A DNA stretch of 64,000 bases, taken from contig NW_024704743.1 in the NCBI RefSeq assembly GCF_018977255.1, positions 62,374,001-62,438,000 of the forward strand, read 5' to 3'. Made by a program: the position numbers and the translations under genes. The notes under the pieces are model-generated. The model did no database searches. It saw only the letters and a list, made by a program, of their open reading frames with translations, and had not been told where the DNA came from. The stretch comes from Callorhinchus milii (taxonomy: Eukaryota). The first letter of the stretch is position 1, and each line of letters opens with the position of its first letter. Positions 1 through 12,378 of this stretch are shown here, one piece after another.

Positions 1-550
1 TCCAAGGCATGACCGTACGTGAAGGACGCCGTATAAATGCAAGTTGTTGGCATTGCTAATTTGCTCCCCAAATTAACCGCTTTATTCTTTCAGCATTATA
101 ACATAAAATTTTATAATAGTTGCTTGTTTAGGTAGCCACAAACTTGGTTTAACATCTCATCTGAAGGACCACTGACATTAGTTACATGAAGCATACAACA
201 GATAAAAAAAAATCTCCCAAGCATAAACTGTTTGAACCCACAGGAATGCTTAGAGAGACTTTAAACTTTCAGCCCATGCTTCCTTCTGTCCTTCACCACT
301 TGACTGAATAATTCAGCCAACAAATGATGGTGTGGCAACATGTATTAATAAATTCATGCTTATTCATTCCTAGTCTGGGGAGTTTAATAATAATTCTGTC
401 AGTCTCCCACAGAAACTAGAAGCTAATCGTGCAGTATACTTATGCAGTATATAATGAAAACCTGGACTTGAGATAATTTAATAATAAAGTATGGAAAATA
501 TCATTAAAATAAATATCAAGTTATCAGTTGCGGCCCAACAATACACCTGT

Positions 551-870
551 GTCCTGTAGCTCAGTGGTTAGAGCACTCGCTTTGCAAGTGAGAGACCTGA
601 GTTCAATACCAGACAGGGCGAAACCTTGGGCAAGTTTCCTTACTCCACACAGAGCCCAATAATAATCCCTCCAAAACCAAAAACAATAATAAATTGGTCA
701 TTTTCAATCTACGACTGTTCGTGGGACGTTGCTGTGCGCAATTGGCTGCCGCGTTCGCCCACAAATATACAGTCAATCCACTTTACCATATATTCTGTGA
801 AGCGCTTTGGGACGTCCAGAAGACGTGAAAAGCGCTATATCAAATGCAAGGGTTATTATTATTATTATTT
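551..870 (+). mobile_element. tRNA-Ala-derived SINE, young short subfamily, full length
   Basis: Head GTCCTGTAGCTCAGTGGTTAGAGC...GAGTTCAAT (Pol III A/B boxes, TGC anticodon loop), body, L2-like 3' end GGGACGTCC..ACGTGAAAAGCGCTATATCAAATGCAAG and (TTA)n tail; near-identical copies at 9880, 15798 and 21888. Confidence 0.92.
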
Positions 871-1913
871 TGAAAAGTCAATCCATGACATACTGCACAA
901 TGCTAAATACACAGAGGTCTCTGAGGTGAGGCTAAGATATCAGAATCTTTGCCAGGGCACATATTTCACTGGTCATGTCATTGGTAACTTTTACCTAAGA
1001 GAAGAGTTTTGTGTTTTGAACGCAACAAGAGAAGGGAGTTTCTCCTATTGTCCAAGCCAACAATCCCCCACATAAAATTGATCATTAACTCCATCACTGT
1101 TTGTTGGACATTGCTGTGCCCAAACTGACTGCCGCATTCTCCAACAAAATACACTTCACGGGATACCCTGTGCAATGCTTTGAGATCTTGAAATATGATA
1201 ATGTGCTACACCAAATGCAAAAATTATTATATATTATAAAACATGCACTAATAGTGTGTGACATTACTCTCTAATGTACTTTGTGATTTCCTCCCAACAT
1301 GAAAGGCGCCATATAAATGTAAACTGTACTGTAGTGGTAGTCTTATACCTCTTTACCTAAGTAGGACAGTTTGCACTACGGTGTTCAGTGACTATTGGAA
1401 TCCAGCCAGCATCACTCTCGTAAATCACCCAGTTATTATAAATACTGTGATACAGTGCAGCAGATGTTCTCCTCTAAGTTTTTATGGGTGTATAAAGATT
1501 GTGCAAAATGATGGGTGCAGATTACAAAACAAATTGTGAATTGTAAAGGGTAAACCGAATATGTTAAATAACACATGCAAACGAACAGCCACAAAATCCT
1601 TACATTTACTGCAGCATAGAGTGTTGCAAGAAATCAAATCTCCCCTATCGACATGTGTGCAGAGACACACACAGCCCTGTAGTGCCTGTCCGGGCATGAT
1701 TTACCTGCAGACATCTTATCTCATTCAGCCCTCTTTTGAAACGTAAGGCATGAATCAAATGTTGACCACGTCTAACTTTAGCTCTCAATTGACTGAAAAA
1801 ACAGCTTTTGGAATTGTTTTTCGCCGACTGGAGGCCAATTATTTAACTATGTCTCCCACCTTCCAAACGACAACATGAAGCTCAGAATAAATATAAGCAA
1901 AGTGTTTTATTAA

Positions 1914-2331
1914 CACTGCTGATGACAGCACAACCAGCCTGGCTCATCGGCAGGACTTGGAAGGGCAGAGCAGTCACTGGGGGCAGGGATTCTTCCCATT
2001 CAGCTGTTGTTAACCCTTCAAGTCAAAGCCCTATCGGGTAGGTTGCTCCTAGCTGGGCTAGCAGCAGGAAAGCTTGCCAGACAGCGCTATCAATAGTAAG
2101 CCATACAGTTTTAGGTGGATAGACTCCAGCAGTACCCCAACACACACTTTGGTGTCCCCAAGACTTGGCTCTTACAAACCTGCATCTAATACTTTCCGGA
2201 ATTATGTAAGCAGGATGTGTCCCTCCAGGGAGAGAGTGCACATTCCATTCCAACAATCTGTCTTTGGGATTTCCTTGTGTAGGTGGGATAAATTTAATTT
2301 TCAGTTTGGTTTGGATACTCTTAAGCATGGG
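1914..2331. repeat. Unclassified interspersed repeat ('family B'), copy 1
   Basis: Aligns by eye to 9270-9760 and 35345-35635 (same orientation) and 34775-35250 and 51310-51495 (inverted); shared blocks CTCCAGCAGTACCCCAA, CCCCAAG.CTTGGCTCTT, TCCCTCCAGGGA.AGAGTG. Confidence 0.85.
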
Positions 2332-2354
2332 CACTGTCTAACTAAAAAAAATCA

Positions 2355-2720
2355 TTATTACTACCATTATTATTGATAATCATCATTGCATTCGATATAG
2401 CACCTTATCATGTCATCAAAATACTTCACAGGAATTACTGTAACATACAGTGATTATGTATATGTAAGTGAACACAGCAGCCAATCAGCACACATAGTGT
2501 CCCAAAAAATGCCATAAAGTGAATGGCCAATTTTATGTGGCGGATTGCTGGCCAGGACACCAGAAGAAACACCCTTCTCTTTTCGAATGGTGCCATTGGA
2601 CCTTTAATGTTCACCTGAACAGACAGATAGGGCCCTGGTTAAAGGTCTCATGTAAAGGATGGCACCTCCAACAATGCAATACACCCCCCAGCACTGCATT
2701 GGAGCATCAACCTGGCTTTA
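2355..2720 (-). mobile_element. Old Deu-domain-type SINE, diverged
   Basis: Reverse-strand Deu-like blocks (GGACCTTTAATGTTCACCTGAACAGACAGATAGGGCC...AAGGATGGCACCTCCAACAATGCA) plus tail; homologous to 24926-25360. Confidence 0.7.
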
Positions 2721-3877
2721 ATAACTGTCTTAACTTCCATGAAGCTTGGCCTCACTGCTCCATCCCGTACTTACAAAGTATGCAAGATTTTTCAACAGCT
2801 TAATTAGACGTTTGGTCCACAAGAAACAACATTTAGAAGGAAGGGGAGGATTGCTAAAGTAGCATATTGAAAAGGATTATTGTAGCTCACAGACTGTGGG
2901 AAGCGTCCATGCATAGAGATTTACAATATTGTCTGCATTGACTGCTTGAAAACTAAAAGTCACAGGCTTCCCCATGTTAATCGCTGTAGAAAAACATTTT
3001 GGACAATATTTATCCCAAACAGCAATTGAAAATGTACATACAGTATTTCTAAATATTTATACTCATCCTCAGTAATTTTTACACTGGGTTGGAAAGAAGT
3101 GGGAATATTCTGGGTGGGCAGCATCTCCTAGTCTAAGCTGACACTCCACTGTGCAAATACTACATTGCCGGAGTTGAGAAAAAAGGTAAGCAAGACATTT
3201 CAGTTATTGCTGTAGCCTGAAATAATCACAGAGCAGAATTTCCTTCAGTCATTGGATCGATCCTAACCCTGTTAACTCAGTTGGAAAATGCATCCCATTG
3301 TGTAGTCCTAAACCATACAGACCACAATATTATTCATGTTGTTAATATTAATATTAATATGAATAATAATATTGTGTTGCTATTACTAGTAATAATAATC
3401 CTTGCCTTTGATATAGCAACTTTTATGTTGAGAGGATGTCTCAAAGTGCTTTGCAGGATTTACTATAATGGTTTGCAAATGTCCAGCCAATAGCCAATAT
3501 CTGTCTGGCCGGCAGCCAGATCTGTCATATACTCAGTTTCTCCAGAATAGAGACATTTTAAATGGATAGGAAAAAAACAGATAGTGATTTGTCCCAAATT
3601 TTCTCCTGCAAACCCCTGCTGGAAAGTACAGATGGCAAGATCATGCTCTGCACTGATGCTCTACTCCACCAAAAACACATAACCCCAGACATGACACACA
3701 TCAAAAATGCCTTTACCTAATAGTACAACATTCTGCATATGTTGTGTTGATGCCACTTTAACATCCTGTTATTAAAAGTTTCACCACATCTGTACAGTCC
3801 TAACTACAAGCCAGAAATACTGTATATATAATACATTTCTGAACCCTATTCCCCCAAAACAGTCAATCAAATAACGC

Positions 3878-4140
3878 AGAATCATAGAACATTGAATTAT
3901 ACAACACAGAAGGAGGCCATTCGGTCCATCGTGTCTGTGTTGGGTCTTTGAAAAGAGCTTCCAAATCAATCCCATTCCCCCACTCTCTCCCCATAGTCCT
4001 GCAAACTTGTCCTCACCAAATAATTATCTACTTCTCTCTTAAAAGTTGTTATCGAATCAGCTTCACCACCCCTTCAAGCAATACATTCCAGATCCGAACA
4101 ATTCGCTGTGTTAATAAAAATTCACCTCACCTCCCCTCTG
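3878..4140 (-). mobile_element. CR1-type LINE 3' end fragment
   Basis: Reverse complement of a CR1 3' terminus (AGAATCATAGAA...CACAGAAGGAGGCCATTCGGTCCATC). Confidence 0.7.
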
Positions 4141-6254
4141 TTTAATAAATAAAAGACAGAAACATTGTTGCAAGTTGTTTCTTAAAATCAGGTTAAACTA
4201 ACAATCTGAACAGCAATTGCAATTGCATTGAAACACAACCTATTGAACTGGCGTGATATGGATAACTCTATTTACATGCATGGTCTGTTGCCACTAAACA
4301 TGCTGTATTAGCATCTGCAGCCAAACCAAATCAAAGCAATACAAAATTAGGTCATTTTAGCGTCATTTGTCAATTGCAGTACCTGAAATTTGCCAAATTC
4401 AGATAATTTCAGTTCTGTGCTGGCCTGTTCCTTCCTTTATACAAAAAACAACAAAGGAGGAACAAATCATAATCTTTGATGTTTCAAGGGCTACACAGGT
4501 GCTGATCATGCAACTTTCCAAGAAGTTTAATATGCTTAGATGATAAGATTTGCACAAAATGAAGAACTTACTCTTTGAACTCTTCAAGGTAAATGCAAAA
4601 CCTACTATAAATATTGACAACTTACAGTACAGAATGTTTACACCCTGCATACCAGCATCTGAAGGAGAACGGAGATTTGTGTACTGTCTTGCCTTGGCTT
4701 GCGTGACAAAGGCAGCTTAGCAACAAGTCAGTGCTCAAGCTCGTACACGCCAATTCCAGAAATGCAAAACACACGTAGCTATCATAAGTCATATAAATAT
4801 GTAAGTCACATCTTGACTGTTTTTTTATGGGAGGATTGCAGGGCCATAGAACTGCTCTATCCCTACTCCAACACCACTGCCTTTGGGCGGATCGCCTACT
4901 ACCAGCAGAAGTAAACCTGACTGAGCCAGAAAAATAAATGTGGGATACCCCCTCTCCCCCACCCCCACCACCCCCCCTTCCCTGTGCATTAAACATCCTT
5001 AAAACAATTTCAAGCGACTTCAAACAGGAATCCCTTCCAGTAATCAGAGGTATTTTGGGACTCTCATACTAACTCACGGAACTCCGCTCCAGAAGTACAG
5101 CAAAATCCTGTGAAGTGCTCCCAGTATGAAAGGTGCTCTATCAAATGAAAGTATTATAATTATTATTATAGATTGTGTCTGAGGGAGTTCCCACAAATAG
5201 CTTGTTGTGCTTCCAGACTTCTTAATTAAGGAATCCCTTTTGAAATCTGCGGAATTTCAGTCGCAAACATATGTACTCGGATTATCCTTGCATTAACGCC
5301 TATGTAGGTGTTTGCCTACAAAATATACAGTTATTACACTTTACTGTGTATCATGTCAAGTGCTTTGAGGCATCCTCATGATATGAATCAAATGCAAAGA
5401 TAATTATTATTTCTGCAGCTTTGAATATTTTGATTTATATCTTAGGAACATTGGTATTTACAGTCATATTAATGACAAGCAAAAAATATGGCAAGTGTGT
5501 AGTTGAACAACAGGCAGACTTTATGCCTTTACTGAGGAACCAAACAACACGGCAAAAAAGGAACAGCTCAGAGACAGAAGAGATTTTTAAAGCCTACTCA
5601 ACATTGTTAAAAGGCTATATCCAGTTGGATTTTGTTTACAATACAATAAATCACACTGTTACTGGACTTGAGCAGGAGGCCAGTGGACATACTGATACCT
5701 GCCCCAAATCTTGCTCAGCAGTTTAGTGATTTACAGATGGATATTGCTGAAAAACATAGCCTTGGGTTAAGAAGGGAAATAACTCACCTCTCATCAAACA
5801 GTACCTTCAGGAGCAACAAACACATTACTCAAGCGGTTGTTAGTCTGACCAGATGTCAATCCTCCAGAGTTTCCAGACACACCAAGCCCAATCTGCAGCT
5901 CCCAACACTAAAATGTAATTGCTGCATTAAGCCTGCTACTTACAAACACAATTTCTCTTTTCCCATAAACTACTTAAAATTTTCACCAAATATTGAAAAT
6001 GCAGTTTGAATGCCGATTGTTTAGTATTGAAATCTACTCTGCACAATACATACTGTCACATTGCATCAACACATTATGCTGATAACCTATTAGTGGTTCT
6101 AAGTGGCTACAATAAAAGCAATGGAGACTGATCCGAACCTACTGACTGATATTTCTTATTTCACTGCCATCCCTGCTCTGCTTCACAGATTCAGGTGTCT
6201 CACCCGCTACCAGGTACCACTGAACGTTCACTTTATACAACATAAAATTTGGAC

Positions 6255-6420
6255 ACTCAATCCATGACTGTTTGTGGGACCTGGCTGTGCGCAATTGGCT
6301 ACCGCGTTTCGCCTACAAAATACGCAATCAAATCCGCTTTACAATATATTCTGTGAAGCGCTTTGAGATGTCTCAACTAGGTCATAAGGAGCTATATCAA
6401 ATGCAGGGATTATTATTATA
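6255..6420 (+). mobile_element. 5'-truncated tRNA-derived SINE (3' half)
   Basis: CACTCAATCCATGACTGTTTGTGGGAC...GCTATATCAAATGCAGGGATTATTATT, matching the long subfamily. Confidence 0.85.
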
Positions 6421-7519
6421 AGGTTTATGGCACGGGTAATTACTGTTGGAAGAACTGTGGAAATTCCAAATTAATACCAATTTAAGATTGAATGTAAGAA
6501 TTTTCCAAAATTCTGCACAACCCTAAATTTTCAGACATTGGTCGTGGGGTTAGGCCCACAAGGCTTTCATGTCTCTGAAGTAGGACTCTTGACCTCCAAG
6601 CCCTCCTTCAATTTTGATTCAACTCCTCCAACTTTGTTCTCTGTTCTCCCTCCTTTAATGGGAGTCAGGGAAGTGCAAATGTTTCTTGAGGAGTGTTTAA
6701 CAAATGACAATGACAATTGTGACATCCAGAGATAACACAAAGCAAGTATCAAAACACTGTCAGCACTTCTCCCTGTGCGAACAGGCAGCAATGGGGTCTC
6801 TCTGAAGGTAGCGGTACGTTTTTTACAGCTAAGATAACAAAGGTGCAAGTCTCCTCTTCCTATTGCAAATCTCAGTGTGCACTGTAAACATACAGATACT
6901 CTGTTAACGCCAGTCACATTACAGATGAGTTACATTTCAGAGATTTTATCCAGGCAGCATCTACAGCTAAATATAACCAGATGTTTATTTGAAGAGAGGC
7001 TGCATAAAAAATAGTGTAACTTAAATCTTGCTTTTGGCTTGTGCACCAGGTCATAAATAATACCGCACACAAACAGATAACCTGAACGATTCAAGAGCCC
7101 CAGTCAGAACGTAACCTTAGGCAGAGAGAATGCTTGAAAAATGTAGTTTAAAGTACTTTCAGAAAGCAGTCACTGAATTGAAAGAATGGTCTTTGGGGAC
7201 CACTATATGTGAGTATTCCACTAGTAAATCATTAAAGGGGAGGCTGAAACACTGCAGATGTCACAGTACGTGGCCAGAAAGAGCCTTGTTGCAAACAATA
7301 ATGTGTTTACAAGCTCCAGTCTCTTTCATCACCCTCACTCCTACAAGAGGAAATAAGATATTAGGTAGAGAAAGAGACAGAGATAGAGATTAAACAGAAA
7401 AAGAGCATGCAAAGAGGCCTATTTAAATAAGGATTTGAAACAATAAACTGTATTAAAACACTCATAAGTACACTGTATTTCCTGTAACAAAATAATTACA
7501 AATATACTCCATGTAACAT

Positions 7520-7845
7520 AAATGTCAAGATCCTCAAACTCGCCTACAAATCAATTCATGCTCTAGAACTTCCCAACTCTCCAACCTGCTGACAATCCAC
7601 TCCTCTACCCTCCACCCAGTTGGCTGAGTGTTCCTCAACCCTCCATTCCAATATCAGTGGCCATACTTTCAACCACAACACCCCCGATCCCTCCACCTTG
7701 ACTGTCTTCAGATTGCACCTGAAGACTTTCTTCTTTGACCGTACCTACAGTTACCTCCTCTTTCTCCCAGCTCAACATCAAACTACATGACTGTTCAGTG
7801 TTCCAAGACATTACCTTACATAAAGGGTGCTAAATAAATGCAAGC
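7520..7845 (+). mobile_element. Old L2 LINE 3' fragment
   Basis: TCAAGATCCTC...CACCTGAAGACTTTCTTCTTTGACCGT...TAAATGCAAG; diverged homolog of the L2 at 61054-61708. Confidence 0.65.
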
Positions 7846-7969
7846 TCTTTTTGTGTATATTACCGATTGCTAACATTTAAGAGACACATATGCTCACACA
7901 TACGTAAAACATGATTCCGCAAACAGCATTTTAAATGACACAAGGAAAAGAAGTACTGTAGTGAGGTTT

Positions 7970-8330
7970 AACAACAACAACAACAACAAGATTCGATTTA
8001 TAAAGCGCCTTTCACGTCAGGAGGACGTCCCAAGGCGCTGCACAGTTGGGTCATGACCCGAGCAGGGGGGAAATGGTGAGGGGAGGGAAGGGAGGGAGCG
8101 AGGAGGGGGGAAATGGTCAGGGGGAGGGAGGGAGCGAGAAGGGGGAAGAGAGTCGAGAGGGGAGCTGAAGGCTCGGTCAAAGAGAAAGGTTTTGAAACCG
8201 GCCTTGAAGGAGGAAAGGGAGGAGACAGCAAAGGCACTGGGGGATAGAGTTCCAGAGCCTCGGGGCTGAGAGGCTGAAGGCCCGACCACCAATGGTAGGG
8301 CGATTGGGGCGGGGGACTCAAAAGGTCAAT
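7970..8330 (-). mobile_element. L2 LINE 3' fragment with (TTG)n tail
   Basis: (AAC)n followed by AGCGCCTTTCACGTCAGGAGGACGTCCCAAGGCGCTG; minus translation SLSSFKAGFKTFLFDRAF resembles the L2 ORF2 C-terminus. Confidence 0.85.
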
Positions 8331-9269
8331 TAAGGGTAACTTAAATAAGTAAGTAAATAAATAAATAAATAAATGAAATTTGCGTTTACTGCATTTACTA
8401 TAGCGCATTTCATGCCAGAAGGATGGCTCAAAAGGCTTCACAGGGTTTACTGTAAAGTGTAGTGACTGTATTCTGCAGCTCAGCAGTGAAAAAGCGGCCC
8501 TCAGAACATTCATACGAGTCAAAGTAAGTTTGTGTTGGATCCGTGTGTTTTTAGCTCTGGATAATCATTTTAAGAGCTCTGTAGGTACAAGAGTTGTGCT
8601 TGAGCACTGGAGTTCAGCAAATATTATCATGTTTCTCAAAATAAGAGAAACATGAATCAGGAAATAATAAATAATAATAATCATTACATTGGATATAGCG
8701 CCATTCATGTCAGGAACACATCTCAGTGCATCTCGCAAGATACACTGTAATGTGGCCCCTGTTGGCAAACCATTCTCTTTGGGACCTCATGCAATTCTTT
8801 CAAAGGATAGGCAGGTTACTGAGAGCACTATATCTGCTGTACAGAGTTGTTTCTCAGTGACAAAGCATAAAGTAAGAGTCTGCTCAATACCGCTGACCTG
8901 TACTTTCATTGGTTTGATCTATTATTCAAAAGGAATAGATCAAATGAATGCATGTTTACATATTGAGTTCAGTGCAAATTTAGATTCTTGTTATGTTTTG
9001 TCAGGCCAAAAGTATAAGGAAAGTCACCTTGGCTCTTAAAATCCCATTTCAGGTGCCACACGGCTAATGAATTGATTGTAAATCTATCAAGTTTTTTTAA
9101 AAATCTACACACGATAATGGCGTATATATGCAGGGCAGCCCAGAACTGTGTTTTCACTGGAATCCTGGGCACCAGCTGCAATAGGAGACTTATGTACCTC
9201 ATTGAGCACAGACCATAACCCATCGCTGCATGATTTTGCAAACTTCCATAAATTATTTTAAGCTATTTC

Positions 9270-9760
9270 AGACCTGTCCAACTTCCTGAGCCAGGGGGAT
9301 CCACAGTATTTCAGGGCACTGCTGATCACAGCACAGCCAGTCTGCCTCATTAGTAGGACTTGGAGGGACAAGGATTCTGGGGGCAGGGAATCTTCACACT
9401 CAGCTCCTGTTAACCCTGCAAGCCAAACGCTAATGGGTAGGGTGGTTCTAGCTGGACAAGTAGTGGGAAACTTGCCAGGCAGTGCTCTCAATGGCAAGCT
9501 ATGCGGTTTTAGCTGGTTAAATTCCAGCAGTACCCCAAACCACGCTCTGCAGTCCCCAAGCCTTGGCTCTTGGCAACCTGTGCCTAATATTCTCCGGAAT
9601 TAGGTAAACAGGATACGTCCCTCCAGGGAAAGAGTGCTCATTACAGTCTAACACACAGGAATTTCCATGTGTAGGTGGGATGCATGGAACTAACTGGTTG
9701 GTTTGGATACTTGTAAGCATGATGGGTTTCCACATGTGACAGCCACCCAGCTGACCCAAA
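9270..9760. repeat. Unclassified interspersed repeat 'family B', longest copy (~490 bp)
   Basis: Collinear with 1914-2331 and the reverse complement of 34775-35250. Confidence 0.85.
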
Positions 9761-9879
9761 AGCTCGTGATGCTGAATTTCTCTAATTTTATGCACAAAAA
9801 CACCCGTGCTATTGCTTACTTTTTTTTAAAAAAAGTTTTTTGAATTTAAAAAATGTGTGATTGTTTTAAGCAAAGGATT

Positions 9880-10210
9880 GGAGTCCTGTAGCTCAGTGGT
9901 TAGAGCACTCGCTTTGCAAGAGAGAGACCTGAGTTCAATTCCAGGCAGAGGGCGAAACCTTGGGCAAGTTTCCTTACTCCACACGCCTAATAATAATCCC
10001 TCCAAAAACCAAAAACAATAATAAATTGGTCATTTTCAATCTAGGACTGTTTGTGGGACATTGCTGTGCGCAATTGGCTGCCGCAGTTGCCCACAAATAT
10101 ACAGTCAATTCACTTTACAGTGTGTTCTGTGAAGCACTTTGGGATGTCCTCCTGACATGAAAAGCGCTATATCAAATGCAAGGATTATTATTATTATTAT
10201 TATTATTATT
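9880..10210 (+). mobile_element. tRNA-Ala-derived SINE, young short subfamily, full length
   Basis: GGAGTCCTGTAGCTCAGTGGTTAGAGC head through (TTA)n tail; near-identical to 551-870. Confidence 0.93.
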
Positions 10211-10632
10211 CAGCAAGGTGAAATCAAGAACTTCTTGACAATTACCATAAACATGTTAGGGTAGTTATTGAGTGTATTTTGCCCACTCGCTTGGTTTGCT
10301 TTAGATTTACAGTCAAAGTGAGTGCTGATGGGAAACCAATAATGAGCACCCATAGATTTTTCACCAAATCCCTTATCGTACAAATGCAGTAATACAGCTG
10401 TGGTGGCAGAAATTCGAGTTGGCACAAAATGCAAAGCAATAAAGGAGGGTAAATGTAAAATTGTGCTACTGAGTCATGCAGAGAAGTAAGTTTGAAGGTT
10501 TGATCATGAGTACATAGTCAGTGAACTGACTCAGCCACAGCTGCACTTCAACTGAGTTTAGTGTTTCTGAGTTGGGGATTGTTAGGATTCAACTGGGGAT
10601 GTAATTCTGATTACTGTCCAGTGAGTGTGTTT

Positions 10633-10970
10633 AATAATAATAATAATCCTTGCATTTGACATAACGCCTTATCACTTAATTGAAACGTCTCAAAGCGCTT
10701 CACAGAATATACTGTAAAGTGAATTGACTGTATATTTTGGGGAGAAACGTGACAGCCAATTGCACACAGTAGTGTCTCATAAACAGTCATGGATTGAGTG
10801 ACCAATTTTTTTGTATATTATTTTTGAAAGGATTATTACCCCCGGAAAGCGATCCGCCAATCAACCAACAACAGGGTTCCTACTTACTCTTGTAAACAGA
10901 GATGTGGGGAGTAAGGAAACTTGCCTCAGGTTTGCCCTGCCAGGAATCGAACCAAGGTCCTCTACTTGGA
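10633..10970 (-). mobile_element. tRNA-derived SINE, long subfamily, head partly truncated
   Basis: (TAA)n tail, body with the extra central segment GGGTTCCTACTTACT...GTAAACAGAG, B box GGAATCGAACC. Confidence 0.88.
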
Positions 10971-11579
10971 AGAATGTGAATTTTACAAAAAAATTTAATC
11001 ACTGCACTCGAGTTGCGTATTGTACTATTATTTTCATGTTTCTTTTAAATATAAAAAAGTTACATTATTCTAAAAGAATACGTATCAGAAAATGATACAG
11101 TTGGTCTAACAACATTCAACAATCTTTGCTAATGATACCATTCTGTGATCCTATACAGTTCTGTAATTTAACCTTATAATAGTGTTCAACATTTTGCTAT
11201 AACGTGCGGGATTAATTATTCATAGAAAGACACTGCAGATATTATCTGACAGAAACATGCAGGCATTTTGAAAGCGACAACAGAAATTCTGCAGTGGATG
11301 GGTTTGTGATTGACTGATTACAAGCACACTCACCAGCCTGACACAATTCACTTCACTCTGTACAGATCCAGATTATTTCCCACAATAGTCAGCCTTGCCA
11401 TACAACATTAAATTGAGTCACTTCACTGGCATAATTACAAGCACACAGAGCAAAGCATACAGCCATGCTCCCAAAATACTGATGTACTTCATTCGATTCC
11501 TATATATATATTTTTTAAAAACTTACTATCTTTTTCTCTCTCTTTGCTGGCAAACAATTACAAAAATATCTGCAACACA

Positions 11580-11947
11580 ATAATAATCCTAGCATTTGAT
11601 ATTGCTCCTTATCACGTCTTCGAGATGTTTCAAACCACTTCATAGAATATACTGTAAAGTGAATTGACTGTATATTTTCTGGGCGAAGCACAGCAGCCAA
11701 TTGCACACAGCAGTGTCCCACAAATAGTCATGGATTGAGTGTCCAAATTATGATTATATTTTAAGGGATTATTACCCCCAGAAAAACGATCTGCCAATCG
11801 ACTAACAACCGGGTTCCTACATACTACTAGGTAAACAGAGGTGTGTGGAATAAGGAAACTTACCCAACGTTTCGCCCTGCCTGGGAATCAAACCCCGATC
11901 CTCTCACTTGTGAGGCGAGTGCTCTAATCACTAAGCTACAGGACTCC
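11580..11947 (-). mobile_element. tRNA-derived SINE, long subfamily, full length
   Basis: Runs from the (TAA)n tail to ...GCTACAGGACTCC (reverse complement of the head) and includes the central extra segment. Confidence 0.92.
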
Positions 11948-12312
11948 AATGTTTTTAATTGAAAATTTAGTCTACATACTCTGAAAAATTCTAGGTTTCT
12001 CTCCAGTTTCTAAATTCCATTTCCGAATAGCCACCAGTAAAATAATTGCAAAACACCACTGGTGGTTTTATATTGTTTCAAATCTGTGGATCTTTCGTTG
12101 GGTAACCATCGCTTTGTAAAATTATTTTGCACCCCTAACATTAGTGTAGCACTTGTGTCCCCAGTTGTGAGCATGGCAATTTTCAGCATTGGTAAGATGA
12201 TTAGTGAATCCGAAATTGTGGCACCTCTTTAAGCATCATATTTGCAGTGCAATGTAATATCAAGTCAATGGAAGATACTGGTCCGAGGTCCAAAAAAAAG
12301 AGGTATATGGCG

Positions 12313-12378
12313 AGGCAATCGAACCCAGGTCCTCTCGCTTGCGAGGCGAGTGCTCTAACCAATATGCTACAGGATTCC
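12313..12378 (-). mobile_element. Isolated tRNA-like SINE head
   Basis: AATCGAACCCAGGTCCTCTCGCTTGCGAGGCGAGTGCTCTAACC..GCTACAGGATTCC is the reverse complement of the head, with no body. Confidence 0.8.

Noticed and set aside
551..625. tRNA-Ala gene (cloverleaf-like; also at 9880, 11875-11947, 15798, 22135-22205)
   Set aside because: Each head runs straight into a SINE body and tail, and the anticodon loop varies between copies; these are SINE heads
626..1075. Recurring 'MGKFPYST' ORFs (also 9960, 15876, 21936)
   Set aside because: Chance reading frames through SINE copies
4626..4658. Possible 33-nt minus-strand exon (TTCTCCTTCAG|ATGCTGG...GTACT|GTAAGT)
   Set aside because: The splice signals are plausible, but such pairs arise by chance and I recognise no homology; needs RNA-seq
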